Source: Hyphomicrobium sp. 12-62-95
GTDB lineage: Bacteria > Pseudomonadota > Alphaproteobacteria > Rhizobiales > Hyphomicrobiaceae
Length of the DNA: 64,000 bases
Assembly: GCA_002279935.1 (NCBI GenBank)
Contig: NCCZ01000008.1
Coordinates: 85,998-149,997 of the forward strand
Direction: 5' to 3'
A program made the position numbers and the translations under genes. The notes beneath the pieces were generated by a model. That model was not told where the DNA came from. It ran no database searches and saw only the letters and a program-made list of their open reading frames with translations. Shown here in pieces: positions 17,700 through 28,050 of this stretch; position 1 is the stretch's first letter, and each line of letters opens with the position of its first letter.

Positions 17700-20381
17700 A
17701 TGAGCGGCAGCGGCGTCAACGACATCAGAACGGCGTTTCTCGATTACTTTAAGCGCAATGGGCATGAGGTCGTGGCGTCGTCTCCGCTCGTGCCGCGCAA
17801 CGATCCGACGCTGATGTTCACCAACGCCGGCATGGTGCAATTCAAGAACGTGTTCACGGGTCAGGAGATGCGGCCCTATTCGACGGCGGCGTCATCGCAG
17901 AAATGCGTTCGGGCGGGTGGCAAGCACAACGACCTCGACAACGTTGGGTACACCGCGCGGCATCACACGTTCTTTGAGATGCTCGGCAACTTCTCGTTCG
18001 GGGACTACTTCAAAGAGCGGGCGATCGAACTCGCCTGGACCCTCATCACCAAAGACTACGGGCTCGATCCGAAGCGCCTGATGGTGACGGTCTATCATGA
18101 CGACGATGATGCGTTCCGAATCTGGAAGAAGCTGACGGGTTTTGCCGACAGCCGCATCATTCGTATTCCGACCTCCGACAACTTCTGGGCGATGGGCGAC
18201 ACGGGGCCCTGCGGGCCGTGCTCGGAAATTTTCTACGATCACGATCCGGACGGGAAGAAGGGCATTTTTGGCGGGCCTCCGGGGTCGGCGGACGCGGACG
18301 GGGACCGCTTTATCGAGATCTGGAACCTCGTGTTCATGCAGTATGAACAGCGGGGGCCGGGGGACCGGGTGTCTCTGCCCAAGCCGTCTATCGATACGGG
18401 CATGGGGCTGGAGCGCATTTCGGCTGTGCTGCAGGGCGTCCACGACAACTACGATACGGATTTGTTTAGGGCGCTGATCGCGGCCTCGGTCGATGCGACG
18501 GGCGTCAAGCCCGAAGGCGAGGCGCGCTTCTCGCACCGGGTGATCGCGGATCATTTGCGTTCGACAAGCTTCCTGATTGCCGATGGCGTGCTGCCGTCGA
18601 ACGAGGGGCGGGGATATGTGCTGCGCCGGATCATGCGGCGCGCGATGCGGCATGCGCATCTTCTGGGCGCCAAAGATCCGCTGATGTACCGGCTCGTCCC
18701 GGCGCTTGTGCGGCAGATGAGTGATGCCTATCCGGAACTGTCGCGGGCGCAGGCGCTGATCACCGAGACGTTGAAACTTGAAGAGACGCGGTTCCGCAAG
18801 ACGCTGGAGAACGGCCTCAAGCTGCTCGGCGATGCGTCGTCGAAGCTGACCAAGGGGACGGTATTCCCCGGCGACGTCGCGTTCAAGCTCTATGACACGT
18901 TTGGTTTTCCTTTGGATTTGACGGAAGATGCGCTGAAGCCGCGCGGGATCACGGTCGATACGGCGGCGTTCAACACGTCGATGGAAAAGCAGAAGGAAGA
19001 CGCGCGCCGGGCCTGGAAGGGGTCTGGCGAGGCTGCGACTGAAACCATCTGGTTCGAGATCAAGGAGAAGACCGGCGCGACGGAGTTCCTCGGCTACGAC
19101 ACGGAGAGCGCGGAAGGCGTTGTCGCGGCGATTGTCAGCGGGGCTAAGGAAGCTGAGGGGCTGAAGGCTGGCGACGAAGGCGCGCTGATCCTCAACCAGA
19201 CGCCGTTTTATGGCGAGAGCGGTGGTCAGGTGGGCGACCGCGGTGTCATTCGCGGGCCAAAGGGCGCGCTGTTCCGGGTGAGCGAGACGCAGAAGAAGCT
19301 GGGCGATCTCATTGTGCATGTTGGCACAGTGGAGAGCGGTTCATTCAAGGCGGGAGACGCGGTCGAACTCGAGGTCGATCATGTCCGGCGGACGGCGACG
19401 CGGGCGAACCATTCCGCGACGCATCTTTTGCACGAGGCGCTGCGGCAGGTTTTGGGCGAGCACGTGGCGCAGAAGGGGTCGCTGGTTTCGCCCGACCGGC
19501 TGCGCTTCGATTTCGTGCATCAGAAGCCGATGTCGCATGAGGAAGTGAAACAGGTTGAGGCGCTGGCCAATGCGCTTGTGCTTCAGAATTCGGCGGTCGA
19601 GACGCGGCTGATGGCGATCGATGACGCGAAGGCGTCGGGCGCGATGGCGCTGTTTGGTGAGAAATACGGCGAGGAAGTGCGCGTCGTGTCGATGGGCGAG
19701 CCGCAGCCGGGTGCGAACAAGGCGTGGTCGGTGGAGTTGTGCGGCGGCACGCATGTGCGGCGCACGGGCGATATCGGTCTCGTCAGAATCGTCGGCGAAA
19801 GCGCCAGTTCGGCTGGCGTGCGGCGCATCGAGGCGCTGACGGCGGACGGCGCGCGCAGCTATCTGGCGGAAGCGGACGAGCGGTTGCGCGAAGTGGCCGC
19901 CATTTTGAAGACACGGCCGGATGATGTGGTCGAGCGTCTGCGTGCGATCGTCGAGGAACGCAAGGCGCTGGAGAAGCAACTGGCGGATGCCAAGAAGCAG
20001 ATGGCACTTGGCGGGGGTGCGGGCGCTGGCAGCGGCGCGTCGCCCGTGGCCAAGGTCGGGGACACGAATTTCTTCCGGCTTTCGGTGTCGGGGGTCGATA
20101 TGAAGGACCTGAAGGCGATGGCGGACGAGGGGCGGGCGAAGGTCGGCTCGGGCGTCGTGGCGATCGCCAACGCGTCGCCTGACGGCAAGCTCGGCATCGT
20201 CGTCGCCGTGACACCGGATCTGACGGGACGTTTTAATGCCGTCGACTTGGTGCGCGCGGCGGCCGAGAAATCCGGAGGCAAGGGCGGCGGCGGGCGGCCG
20301 GACATGGCGCAGGCCGGTGGTCCGGATGGGGCAAGGGCCGACGAGGCGCTGGCGGCCATTGAAGCTCTGATCGGCGGGTGA
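17700..20381 (+). CDS. alaS: Alanine--tRNA ligase
   Basis: [31 protein letters not shown], an HxxxH..C editing-domain region and a C-terminal DHHA1-like domain. recA-alaS adjacency is typical. Confidence 0.97.
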   Translation: MSGSGVNDIRTAFLDYFKRNGHEVVASSPLVPRNDPTLMFTNAGMVQFKNVFTGQEMRPYSTAASSQKCVRAGGKHNDLDNVGYTARHHTFFEMLGNFSFGDYFKERAIELAWTLITKDYGLDPKRLMVTVYHDDDDAFRIWKKLTGFADSRIIRIPTSDNFWAMGDTGPCGPCSEIFYDHDPDGKKGIFGGPPGSADADGDRFIEIWNLVFMQYEQRGPGDRVSLPKPSIDTGMGLERISAVLQGVHDNYDTDLFRALIAASVDATGVKPEGEARFSHRVIADHLRSTSFLIADGVLPSNEGRGYVLRRIMRRAMRHAHLLGAKDPLMYRLVPALVRQMSDAYPELSRAQALITETLKLEETRFRKTLENGLKLLGDASSKLTKGTVFPGDVAFKLYDTFGFPLDLTEDALKPRGITVDTAAFNTSMEKQKEDARRAWKGSGEAATETIWFEIKEKTGATEFLGYDTESAEGVVAAIVSGAKEAEGLKAGDEGALILNQTPFYGESGGQVGDRGVIRGPKGALFRVSETQKKLGDLIVHVGTVESGSFKAGDAVELEVDHVRRTATRANHSATHLLHEALRQVLGEHVAQKGSLVSPDRLRFDFVHQKPMSHEEVKQVEALANALVLQNSAVETRLMAIDDAKASGAMALFGEKYGEEVRVVSMGEPQPGANKAWSVELCGGTHVRRTGDIGLVRIVGESASSAGVRRIEALTADGARSYLAEADERLREVAAILKTRPDDVVERLRAIVEERKALEKQLADAKKQMALGGGAGAGSGASPVAKVGDTNFFRLSVSGVDMKDLKAMADEGRAKVGSGVVAIANASPDGKLGIVVAVTPDLTGRFNAVDLVRAAAEKSGGKGGGGRPDMAQAGGPDGARADEALAAIEALIGG

Positions 20382-20449
20382 TGTTCTGGCGTATCACTGC
20401 ACGAACGTGGGTGCATCGCCCAAAGCGAGAATAAGAAAACAATCGGGAG

Positions 20450-20821
20450 TTGTTCGTGACGAAATCTTTCGCAAGCCTCGTGGCCGCCGGTGCGCTGCTT
20501 GGTCTGGCATCGCCGGCGCGGGCGGAGGTTCCGGCTAGCCTGTGCGGGACCAAGCCTGAAATGGTCGACGTCATGCTGCGCATGATCGAGCAGGGTGTCG
20601 AGAAGCTCTACAGCGACAATAAGATGTTTGTTAGTCGCGACAATCGTGACGGGTCGATGTGGGCAATCACGTTGCCCAATACGACCGCGCATCCAGCCGT
20701 GGCATGCCGCACCAAGGCGATGGACACCGCCGTGCTGTGCAACGCTGGTGAAAAGCCGTGCGCCTCGTTCAAGGATCAGGCACTTGCCCGGTTCGACAAG
20801 GTCAACGCAAAGGACCAGTAG
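20450..20821 (+). CDS. Small secreted Cys-containing hypothetical protein
   Basis: Signal peptide SFASLVAAGALLGLASPARA. gggag precedes the TTG 20450 and GTG 20456 candidate starts. Confidence 0.55.
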   Translation: MFVTKSFASLVAAGALLGLASPARAEVPASLCGTKPEMVDVMLRMIEQGVEKLYSDNKMFVSRDNRDGSMWAITLPNTTAHPAVACRTKAMDTAVLCNAGEKPCASFKDQALARFDKVNAKDQ

Positions 20822-20895
20822 CGCTGCCGTCCACAGTCCTCGCAGCTCTGGCATGATGGCGGGTTGCTCTCGTCCGCGAGAAGCCCGACAGTGGT

Positions 20896-20909
20896 TTTCC
20901 ATATGGAAA
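20896..20909. promoter_or_regulatory. Perfect 14-nt palindrome TTTCCATATGGAAA, 18 nt upstream of the kef ATG
   Basis: An AT-rich perfect palindrome in a GC-rich spacer. The binding protein is unknown. Confidence 0.25.
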
Positions 20910-20926
20910 GCAGCGAGGCGGGGTGA

Positions 20927-22732
20927 ATGGCCGGGGCGGCGCACGACATTACGGCCTATAAAGACGGCATGGTGATCCTGGCGACGGCTGCAATTGCCAT
21001 TCCGCTCTTGCAACGCGTGCGCATCAGCCCGGTTTTGGGCTACCTGCTAACGGGCATGTTGCTCGGGCCCCATATGTTGGGCGCGCTGACCAAGTTTTTC
21101 CCCGCTGCCGAATGGTTCACCGTCTCCAATCCAGAAAATTTGGCGCTCGTCGGCGAACTGGGCGTCGCGTTTTTGTTGTTCATTATCGGGCTTGAACTGG
21201 CGCCGCAGCGCTTGTGGATCATGCGGCGGCTCGTGTTCGGCATGGGGTCGCTGCAGATTGTTTTGAGCGCCTTGGTGCTTGCCATTGTGGCGGCCTCGCT
21301 GGGGCAGGGTGCGGCGGCGGCGCTGATCATTGGATCGTCGCTGGCGCTGTCATCGACGGCGATCGTGGTTGAGTTGCTCTCGCAGCAGAACCGCTTGTCG
21401 CTGGGCACAGGGCGGACGAGTTTTTCCATACTGCTGATGCAGGATCTGGCCGTCATTCCGCTATTGATGCTCGTGCCGGCGCTGGCACCGGGTAACGACG
21501 GGGCGCTCTGGCTCAGTATCGCGCAGGCGGTGGCGCAGGCCATGTTGGCGATCGGGATCATCGTCGTTGTCGGCTACCTCGTGCTGCGGCCTCTGTTCCG
21601 TCTGGTGGCCAATACCGAGAGTGGCGATCTCTTCGTTGCGGCCGTTCTGCTGGTGGCTGCGGGCTCGGGGATCGTGACGGCGGCGGCAGGATTATCGATG
21701 GCGCTCGGTGCGTTCGTGGCCGGACTGCTGCTGGCGGAGACGGAGTTCCGGCGGGCGATCGAGGCGACGATTGAACCTGTGAAGGGGCTCCTTCTGGGAT
21801 GCTTCTTCTTTACGGTCGGTGCTGGGCTCGACCTCAGTGTGATTATCAACAATCCGGGGTCGGTACTGCTGGGACTTCTTGCGCTTCTTGTCCTCAAAGG
21901 CGTGATCGTGGCGGGCGTCGTGTGGGCCTATGGCTTCAGTGGCGTTGTGGCGGGGCGGACGGCTGCCCTACTCGGGCCGGGCGGCGAATTTGCTTTCATC
22001 GTTTTGGGGTTGGCTGCTGCATCGAAGATCATCGAGCCAGATGTGACGGCGTATGTGCTCGCCCTCACATCGTTATCGATGGCGCTTATCCCGTTGCTCG
22101 ACAGGGGCGCACAGGCGCTCTTCCCGATACCGGCCAATGTGCCGTCGGATCCGGCGTTGACGGCGTTGCCTGAGCCGCAGGAGTCCGTGACGGCGATGGT
22201 GATCGGATACGGGCGCGTGGGCGCGCTCGTCTCGGACATGCTCAACGTGCACAACGTTACCCATGTCATCACGGAGAAGCGGCCCGATCTGGTGTCAGAG
22301 GGACGCAAGGACAGCCGGCCGATCTATTACGGCGATGCTTTGAACACGAGCTTTCTGCAGCGGTGCGGGTTAGCGCGCGCGAAGGCTGTGATCATCACGA
22401 TCCACGACTGGGAGGCGACGGACGATATTGTAAGTACGATCCGGGGCCTCAGCCCGACAATCACGATCGTGGCGCGTGCGCGGGATGCGGATCACGCGCG
22501 CTATCTCTACGAGATCGGCGCCTCGGACGCGGTGCCGGAGACGATCGAAGCCAGTCTGCAACTCTCGGAAGCAGCGCTCGTTGATCTTGGCGTGCCGACG
22601 GGGCCGGTGATCGCGTCGATCCACGAGAAGCGCGACGAGTTCCGGGCGGCGTTGCAGTCGGCTGCGGGCAAGGCGGGGCGGACACAGAGCCATGGTGTGC
22701 GGCCGAAGTCGCGGGACCCGGCGGCCGGCTAG
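20927..22732 (+). CDS. CPA2 (Kef-type) monovalent cation:proton antiporter with a C-terminal TrkA-N (KTN) domain
   Basis: About 12 TM helices with a KefB/KefC-like N-terminus (VLGYLLTGMLLGPHMLG), then a Rossmann-like MVIGYGRVGALVSDML. Confidence 0.85.
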   Translation: MAGAAHDITAYKDGMVILATAAIAIPLLQRVRISPVLGYLLTGMLLGPHMLGALTKFFPAAEWFTVSNPENLALVGELGVAFLLFIIGLELAPQRLWIMRRLVFGMGSLQIVLSALVLAIVAASLGQGAAAALIIGSSLALSSTAIVVELLSQQNRLSLGTGRTSFSILLMQDLAVIPLLMLVPALAPGNDGALWLSIAQAVAQAMLAIGIIVVVGYLVLRPLFRLVANTESGDLFVAAVLLVAAGSGIVTAAAGLSMALGAFVAGLLLAETEFRRAIEATIEPVKGLLLGCFFFTVGAGLDLSVIINNPGSVLLGLLALLVLKGVIVAGVVWAYGFSGVVAGRTAALLGPGGEFAFIVLGLAAASKIIEPDVTAYVLALTSLSMALIPLLDRGAQALFPIPANVPSDPALTALPEPQESVTAMVIGYGRVGALVSDMLNVHNVTHVITEKRPDLVSEGRKDSRPIYYGDALNTSFLQRCGLARAKAVIITIHDWEATDDIVSTIRGLSPTITIVARARDADHARYLYEIGASDAVPETIEASLQLSEAALVDLGVPTGPVIASIHEKRDEFRAALQSAAGKAGRTQSHGVRPKSRDPAAG

Positions 22733-23571
22733 GGTGCGGGGGCAGCTTGTTTCGCGGGTGGCGTCGGCGTCACGGGGGCGGGATCCTTCGGACGCTGGTC
22801 CGGTGGCAAGTCGGTGACCTTGGACCAGTCGAGGATGTCGAAGTCCATCAGTAGGGCTGCCAGTTTTTGGTCCGCGTCGTAGCCGGCATAAACTGTGTAG
22901 GCGCCTTCACCCCAGCCCGTATCAAAGGCGACGACATTGCCGGGGCCGACGTCGGCTGCGAGCCGGAACGCGCCGCTGGCGCCTTTGTCCTTGTAGCCAG
23001 CGTTCTGGCCGCGTTCGAGCCAGCTGTCGAAGAAGGTCTCATCGGCGGCGACGGCTTCGCTTGTCGCGCGGCCGGCGTCTTGGTCGAAGTAGGCTGCGAC
23101 GCCGCTATCGACGGTCACGCCCCATGTTCCGTCCGGGTTTTCCGCGTCGCGCTGCATGTCGACGGGTTTGGCGGATTCCCATCGGACGACGGGGCGTTCG
23201 GTGATGTCGACGCGGGCGAAGGCAACGCGGCCACGGCCCATGGAGCCTTCGAGGATAGCGAGGCGAACGGGATATTCCCCGGGGGGCACGTCGAGCGCGA
23301 GGGGCTGCTGGTCGGTGCTGACGAACGGATCGGCGGCGACGATTTTGCCGGAAATGACTTTAAGTTTCGCCAGGTCCGTCACGCGGAAATAGACTTTCAC
23401 CGGGCGGGGTTTTTCGCCGGGCAGGCTGTCGTCGGCGGAGGCGACGAAGTCGGGCGAGAAGGCGCGGGTGAAGTAGGGCGCGTGCAGGGGTTCGGCGGCG
23501 CGTGCGGGTGCTGCGCCCAGCGCGGTGGCGCAGAGAAGGCAAAGCGCGAGGATGTTACGGCGGAAGGGCAT
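22729..23571 (-). CDS. Secreted DUF4241-like protein
   Basis: Signal peptide ILALCLLCATALGAAPARA. The C-terminal block FDTGWGEGAYTVYAGYDADQKLAALLMDF resembles the DUF4241 signature (from memory). Confidence 0.55.
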   Translation of the reverse strand: MPFRRNILALCLLCATALGAAPARAAEPLHAPYFTRAFSPDFVASADDSLPGEKPRPVKVYFRVTDLAKLKVISGKIVAADPFVSTDQQPLALDVPPGEYPVRLAILEGSMGRGRVAFARVDITERPVVRWESAKPVDMQRDAENPDGTWGVTVDSGVAAYFDQDAGRATSEAVAADETFFDSWLERGQNAGYKDKGASGAFRLAADVGPGNVVAFDTGWGEGAYTVYAGYDADQKLAALLMDFDILDWSKVTDLPPDQRPKDPAPVTPTPPAKQAAPAP

Positions 23572-23705
23572 GGGCGATTATGGCTCGAGGTTGCGTGCGG
23601 TACGTAGCACGGCGATGCGGCGCTGACATGGAGCGCGCGATCACAGCGTCAACGGGCGGCGCGGATGGCTTCGCGCGTGTGCCTGCAACTTATGGCCGTG
23701 GAGTT

Positions 23706-23734
23706 GACGGCGATGGCAATGCGCCATCGCCGTC
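23706..23734. other. Perfect 12-bp hairpin just downstream of the pirin stop
   Basis: gacggcgatggc-aatgc-gccatcgccgtc with no U-run. It may be a terminator or stabiliser for the pirin transcript. Confidence 0.4.
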
Positions 23735-23762
23735 GGCCGTGTTGATCATCGCGTCCGGTGCT

Positions 23763-24629
23763 TCAGGCCGTCATGGCCCCGAACTTGCCGGCGTTGAAGT
23801 CGGCGACGGCTTGGCGGATCTCGGCTTCGGTGTTCATCACGAACGGGCCGTAAGCGGCGACCGGTTCGTTGATGGGTGCGCCGGAGAGCAGCAGGATCTT
23901 GGCGTCGTTGTTTGCCTCGATACGCACCGGACCGCCGTCGCGTGACATGACGACGACCTGGGCTTCGCGCGCGATCTCCTCGTCGTTGACCAGGATGGTT
24001 CCCGACAACACCGCAAGGGCGCGCGTGTGCCCTTCCGGCAATGAGAGTTGCGCTTGTTTGCCCGCGTTCAGGCGGACATCCCAGATGTCGAGCGGCGTGA
24101 AGGTCCGGGCGGGACCTTTATGCCCCTCGTAGTCGCCGGCGATGACGCGCACGGTTCCAGCTCCATCGGGCAACTGCGCGACGGGGAAGTCGCTTGCCAG
24201 AAGCGTCTGGTAGCCGGGCGGCTGCATTTTGTCCTTGGCGGGCAGGTTCACCCACAGCTGCACGACCTCGAAGGTGCCACCCTTCGCTGTGAAGTCGCTG
24301 GAGTGATACTCCTGATGGACGAGACCGGACGCGGCCGTCATCCACTGGACATCGCCGGGACCGATCTTGCCGCCCGCACCGGTGGAGTCGCGGTGCTCCA
24401 ACTCGCCGTCATAGACGATGGTCACCGTCTCGAAGCCGCGATGGGGATGCTCGCCGACGCCGCGTGGGGTGGCGGCCGGCTTGAAGCTATGCGGACCGGC
24501 ATAGTCAAGCAGCAGGAACGGATCGATGGCCGCGCCGTGGGCGTGATGAGACAGCAGTGAGCGGACGGGGAAACCGTCGCCAACCCAGTGCGGGCGTGGG
24601 GCGTCGAGAACGCCAATGATCGTGCGCAT
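23763..24629 (-). CDS. Pirin-family bicupin protein
   Basis: HPHRGFETVTIVYDGELEHRDS and the overall 288-aa pirin layout. Confidence 0.9.
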   Translation of the reverse strand: MRTIIGVLDAPRPHWVGDGFPVRSLLSHHAHGAAIDPFLLLDYAGPHSFKPAATPRGVGEHPHRGFETVTIVYDGELEHRDSTGAGGKIGPGDVQWMTAASGLVHQEYHSSDFTAKGGTFEVVQLWVNLPAKDKMQPPGYQTLLASDFPVAQLPDGAGTVRVIAGDYEGHKGPARTFTPLDIWDVRLNAGKQAQLSLPEGHTRALAVLSGTILVNDEEIAREAQVVVMSRDGGPVRIEANNDAKILLLSGAPINEPVAAYGPFVMNTEAEIRQAVADFNAGKFGAMTA

Positions 24630-24723
24630 CGTGCCTCCTTCATGTGTGAGAGCTTCGTTCGCCGCTTATGTGTTGATGCAAGGCTTGTGCTGCAATAGGC
24701 CGCGACAAAGGCTGCCTGCGCAC

Positions 24724-25179
24724 TCAAGGCATGAGGCGTGCGCCGTAGAAGAGGGCGATGGCGACGGAGATGAGGGACATCACGAAGCCGGCGATGGAGA
24801 GGCCGAAGCTCCACCAGAAGGTGTTGAGGCGCAGTTTCATGTATTCGGAGCGGAGCGCTTCCATTTCGGGATTGCGCTGGCGTCCGCCGCCGCCACCGGA
24901 GGGCGTGGCGCTATCGTCTTTCAGGTAGGCGAGATAGCCGCCGTGAAGCGCCCAATAGCGGCCGGCGTTGGTGAGGATGAGTTGCGTGCGGCTGTCGTCG
25001 GCGAATTTGGCGAGGCGCGTGCGGACGAGAAGATCAGCCGCGTCCTTGGCGATCGATAGCTTGGTGTCTTCGTCGGCGAAGACGGTGCCGGGCTGATCGA
25101 AGATTTCTGCTGGCGGCGAGTTGTAGGCCGCCGCCAGCAAACGGTCTGCGGTGTGTTCGATCGTGGCGGGATCGCTCAA
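24724..25179 (-). CDS. Hypothetical C-terminally anchored membrane protein, probably translationally coupled to icd
   Basis: High-GC3 coding signal begins right after icd. The candidate TTG start (25179-25177) overlaps the icd TGA (sequence GCTTGAGC). The C-terminal TM is [25 protein letters not shown]. The upstream part of the 297-aa ORF-track entry is off-frame over icd. Confidence 0.5.
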   Translation of the reverse strand: MSDPATIEHTADRLLAAAYNSPPAEIFDQPGTVFADEDTKLSIAKDAADLLVRTRLAKFADDSRTQLILTNAGRYWALHGGYLAYLKDDSATPSGGGGGRQRNPEMEALRSEYMKLRLNTFWWSFGLSIAGFVMSLISVAIALFYGARLMP

Positions 25180-26390
25180 GCCGTCATCGCCTTCTTGAGA
25201 TTGTCGTCCACCTTGTCGAGGAAGCCGGTGGTGGAGAGCCACTTTTGGTCGGGGCCGACGAGCAATGCGAGGTCTTTGGTCATGAAGCCGGATTCGACGG
25301 TATCGACGCAGACTTTTTCCAGCGTTTCGGCGAAGCGCTTCAGGTCGGCGTTGTCGTCGAGCTTGGCGCGGTGGATGAGGCCGCGGGTCCAGGCGAAGAT
25401 GGAGGCGATGGCGTTGGTGGACGTTTCCTTGCCCTTCTGGTGCTCGCGGTAGTGGCGCGTGACGGTGCCGTGGGCGGCTTCGGCTTCCATGGTCTTGCCG
25501 TCGGGGGTGATCAGCACTGACGTCATGAGGCCGAGCGAGCCGAAGCCCTGCGCGACGGTGTCGGACTGCACGTCGCCGTCGTAGTTCTTGCAGGCCCAGA
25601 TGTAGCCGCCGGACCATTTGAGGGCGGAGGCGACCATGTCGTCGATGAGGCGATGCTCATAGACGAGCTTGCGCTTTTCGAACTCGGCCTTGAACTCGGC
25701 GTCGTAGACTTCCTGGAAGATATCCTTGAAGCGGCCGTCATAGGCTTTGAGGATCGTGTTCTTGGTGGAGAGATAGACGGGGTAGTTGCGGTTGAGACCG
25801 TAGTTGAGGGAGGCGCGGGCGAATTCGCGGATGCTCTCGTCCAGGTTATACATCGCCATCGCGACGCCGGCGCCGGGGGCCTTGAAGACTTCTTTCTCGA
25901 TCACCTTGCCGTCTTCGCCGACGAACTTGATCGTCAGCGTGCCTTTGCCGGGGAACTTGAAGTCGGTTGCCTTATACTGGTCGCCGAAGGCGTGGCGGCC
26001 GACGATGATCGGCTGCGTCCAGCCCGGCACGAGGCGCGGCACGTTCTTGCAGATGATGGGTTCGCGGAAAATGACGCCGCCCAGGATGTTGCGGATGGTG
26101 CCGTTGGGCGACTTCCACATTTCCTTCAGGTTGAATTCCTTCACGCGGGCTTCGTCGGGCGTGATGGTGGCGCACTTGACGCCGACGCCGTGCTTCTTGA
26201 TGGCGTGCGCGCTGTCGATCGTCACTTGGTCGGAGGTCCGGTCGCGGTTCTCGACGGAGAGGTCGTAATACTCGAGGTTCACGTCGAGGTAGGGGTGGAT
26301 CAGCTTGTCCTTGATGAGTTGCCAGATGATGCGGGTCATCTCGTCGCCGTCGAGTTCCACGACGGTGCCGGTCACCTTGATCTTCGTCAT
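25176..26390 (-). CDS. icd: NADP-dependent isocitrate dehydrogenase (404-aa homodimeric type)
   Basis: [23 protein letters not shown]...; the whole length has the typical IDH sequence. I chose the start at M27 of the ORF-track entry. Confidence 0.95.
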   Translation of the reverse strand: MTKIKVTGTVVELDGDEMTRIIWQLIKDKLIHPYLDVNLEYYDLSVENRDRTSDQVTIDSAHAIKKHGVGVKCATITPDEARVKEFNLKEMWKSPNGTIRNILGGVIFREPIICKNVPRLVPGWTQPIIVGRHAFGDQYKATDFKFPGKGTLTIKFVGEDGKVIEKEVFKAPGAGVAMAMYNLDESIREFARASLNYGLNRNYPVYLSTKNTILKAYDGRFKDIFQEVYDAEFKAEFEKRKLVYEHRLIDDMVASALKWSGGYIWACKNYDGDVQSDTVAQGFGSLGLMTSVLITPDGKTMEAEAAHGTVTRHYREHQKGKETSTNAIASIFAWTRGLIHRAKLDDNADLKRFAETLEKVCVDTVESGFMTKDLALLVGPDQKWLSTTGFLDKVDDNLKKAMTA

Positions 26391-26602
26391 AGGGCTCTGC
26401 CTGCTGTCTCGTTGAAATGGGTGAGGAATGATGCGGCGCACCATAGGGCGGCAGATGACGGACGCCAAGGGGCGGCGGGCCGCACCCGGACGAAAGGGCT
26501 AACGCCCGCAACACGCGTCAGAGCGGTTGGCGGGGGCCCAGCGCTTCGCTATAGCCGGGCCAGCGGCGGGCGGGGCCCGCAGCGTCATGTGGAAGGATGG
26601 TC

Positions 26603-27829
26603 ATGCAGATCGAGATTGCCGATGGGACCCCGTGCGTTCAAGGCGTGCCGGTCGGCGCCATCGTGCATGCGTGCCATGAGAAGACGCTCGATGCGGGGCT
26701 GGCGGCGCTGGCCATGCCGGGGCTCGACCGGCGGACGCTGGAGCCAGTGCTGACCTATTGCGCGGAATTGCGCTGCGAGGCGGATCAGGCGACGTGTCCG
26801 GGGTGCAAGCGGCGGACGGAGGCGGAGGGCATCGCGACGCTCGACGATTTCATCGCGCGGCACGAGGAGATCGTGGTCGGCGACGGATCCGTGCGTTTGA
26901 AGGGAACGGGTGTCGGGCGGCTCACGACGCCGGCGCTGGCTGCACTTGAGAAGACGTGGTCGGGCGAGAACTACTGGTTCTGGGCGCGGCGGGTGTTGCG
27001 CAAGCTCAGGCACGGCATCCGGCGGGCGCACATTCGGGGCAACGCGATTGCGCCGCCTGGAACAACTCCGTCGGTGATTCTCATCGAGCCGCAGCTGCCC
27101 GACAACATCGGCATGGTGGCGCGGGCGTGCGCGAATTTCGGGCTCGATGATCTGCGGCTTGTCGATCCGCGCGATGGGTGGCCGAACGAGAAGGCGCGGA
27201 TTGCGGCGTCGGGGGCCAACTACGTCATCGACGACGCGGCGGCCTATGACACGTTCGATGCGGCGCTGGGCGATCTGAATTGGGTTTGCGCGACCACGGC
27301 GCGGCAGCGGGATTTGAGAAAGCCGGTACTGACGCCGGAACAGGCTGTGGCGGAGATGCGCCGCCGGATCGGGGAGGGGCAGCGGTGCGGGGTGATCTTC
27401 GGGCGCGAGCGGAATGGGCTCGAGACGCACGAGGTGGCGCGGGCGGACGCCGTTGTCATGATCCCGGTGAACAGCCGCTTTGCCTCGCTGAACCTGGCGC
27501 AGGCGGTTTTGATTCTCGGCTACGAATGGATGCGCAGTTCGGGGCAGGCGACGTTGGGGCGGGTAACGACCTTCGAGCAGCCGCTGTCATCTGGTCTTTA
27601 TCTTAACGACCAGGCCCCGGCGACGCGGGAGGAGCTTTTTGCGTTTTTCGAGCATTTGGAGCGGGAGTTGGAGGCTCAGGGTTTCTTTTCGTCGCCCGAT
27701 AAACGTCCTTCTGTCGTCAATAACTTGCGGACAATGTTCGTGCGGGCCGAGCCGACCGGCCAAGAGGTGAAGACCTTGCGTGGCATTGTTGCCACTCTGG
27801 TGCGCCCCAAGGGACAAGGCCGAAAGTGA
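26603..27829 (+). CDS. TrmJ-like SPOUT (SpoU/TrmH class) RNA 2'-O-methyltransferase with an extra ~150-aa N-terminal DUF433-like/CxxC module
   Basis: The core VILIEPQLPDNIGMVARACANFGL...GRERNGL...SLNLAQAVLILGYEW aligns to E. coli TrmJ. The upstream 150 codons are in the same frame with no stop and have very high GC3. ATG 26603 lies 6 nt after ggaagg. Confidence 0.75.
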   Translation: MQIEIADGTPCVQGVPVGAIVHACHEKTLDAGLAALAMPGLDRRTLEPVLTYCAELRCEADQATCPGCKRRTEAEGIATLDDFIARHEEIVVGDGSVRLKGTGVGRLTTPALAALEKTWSGENYWFWARRVLRKLRHGIRRAHIRGNAIAPPGTTPSVILIEPQLPDNIGMVARACANFGLDDLRLVDPRDGWPNEKARIAASGANYVIDDAAAYDTFDAALGDLNWVCATTARQRDLRKPVLTPEQAVAEMRRRIGEGQRCGVIFGRERNGLETHEVARADAVVMIPVNSRFASLNLAQAVLILGYEWMRSSGQATLGRVTTFEQPLSSGLYLNDQAPATREELFAFFEHLERELEAQGFFSSPDKRPSVVNNLRTMFVRAEPTGQEVKTLRGIVATLVRPKGQGRK

Positions 27830-28050
27830 TCCACAAACGCTGCCTTGTTCTGGCCAAGTTTTGAGCCGAGCGATGCCCGGGAAAACGTCACTGGCTGCTA
27901 ATCCGGATGGCGCCGATTTGAGGGTCTTGCGGGGTCCCTAACGGTGCGTGCGGAACGTCTGTTCGGACGCCGGGTGAAGAACCGGGCGGGCGGCTGGATC
28001 GATGGAACGGGCCCGTCTGGGCTCAAAAGACAAAAACAGGGGCAATTCAA

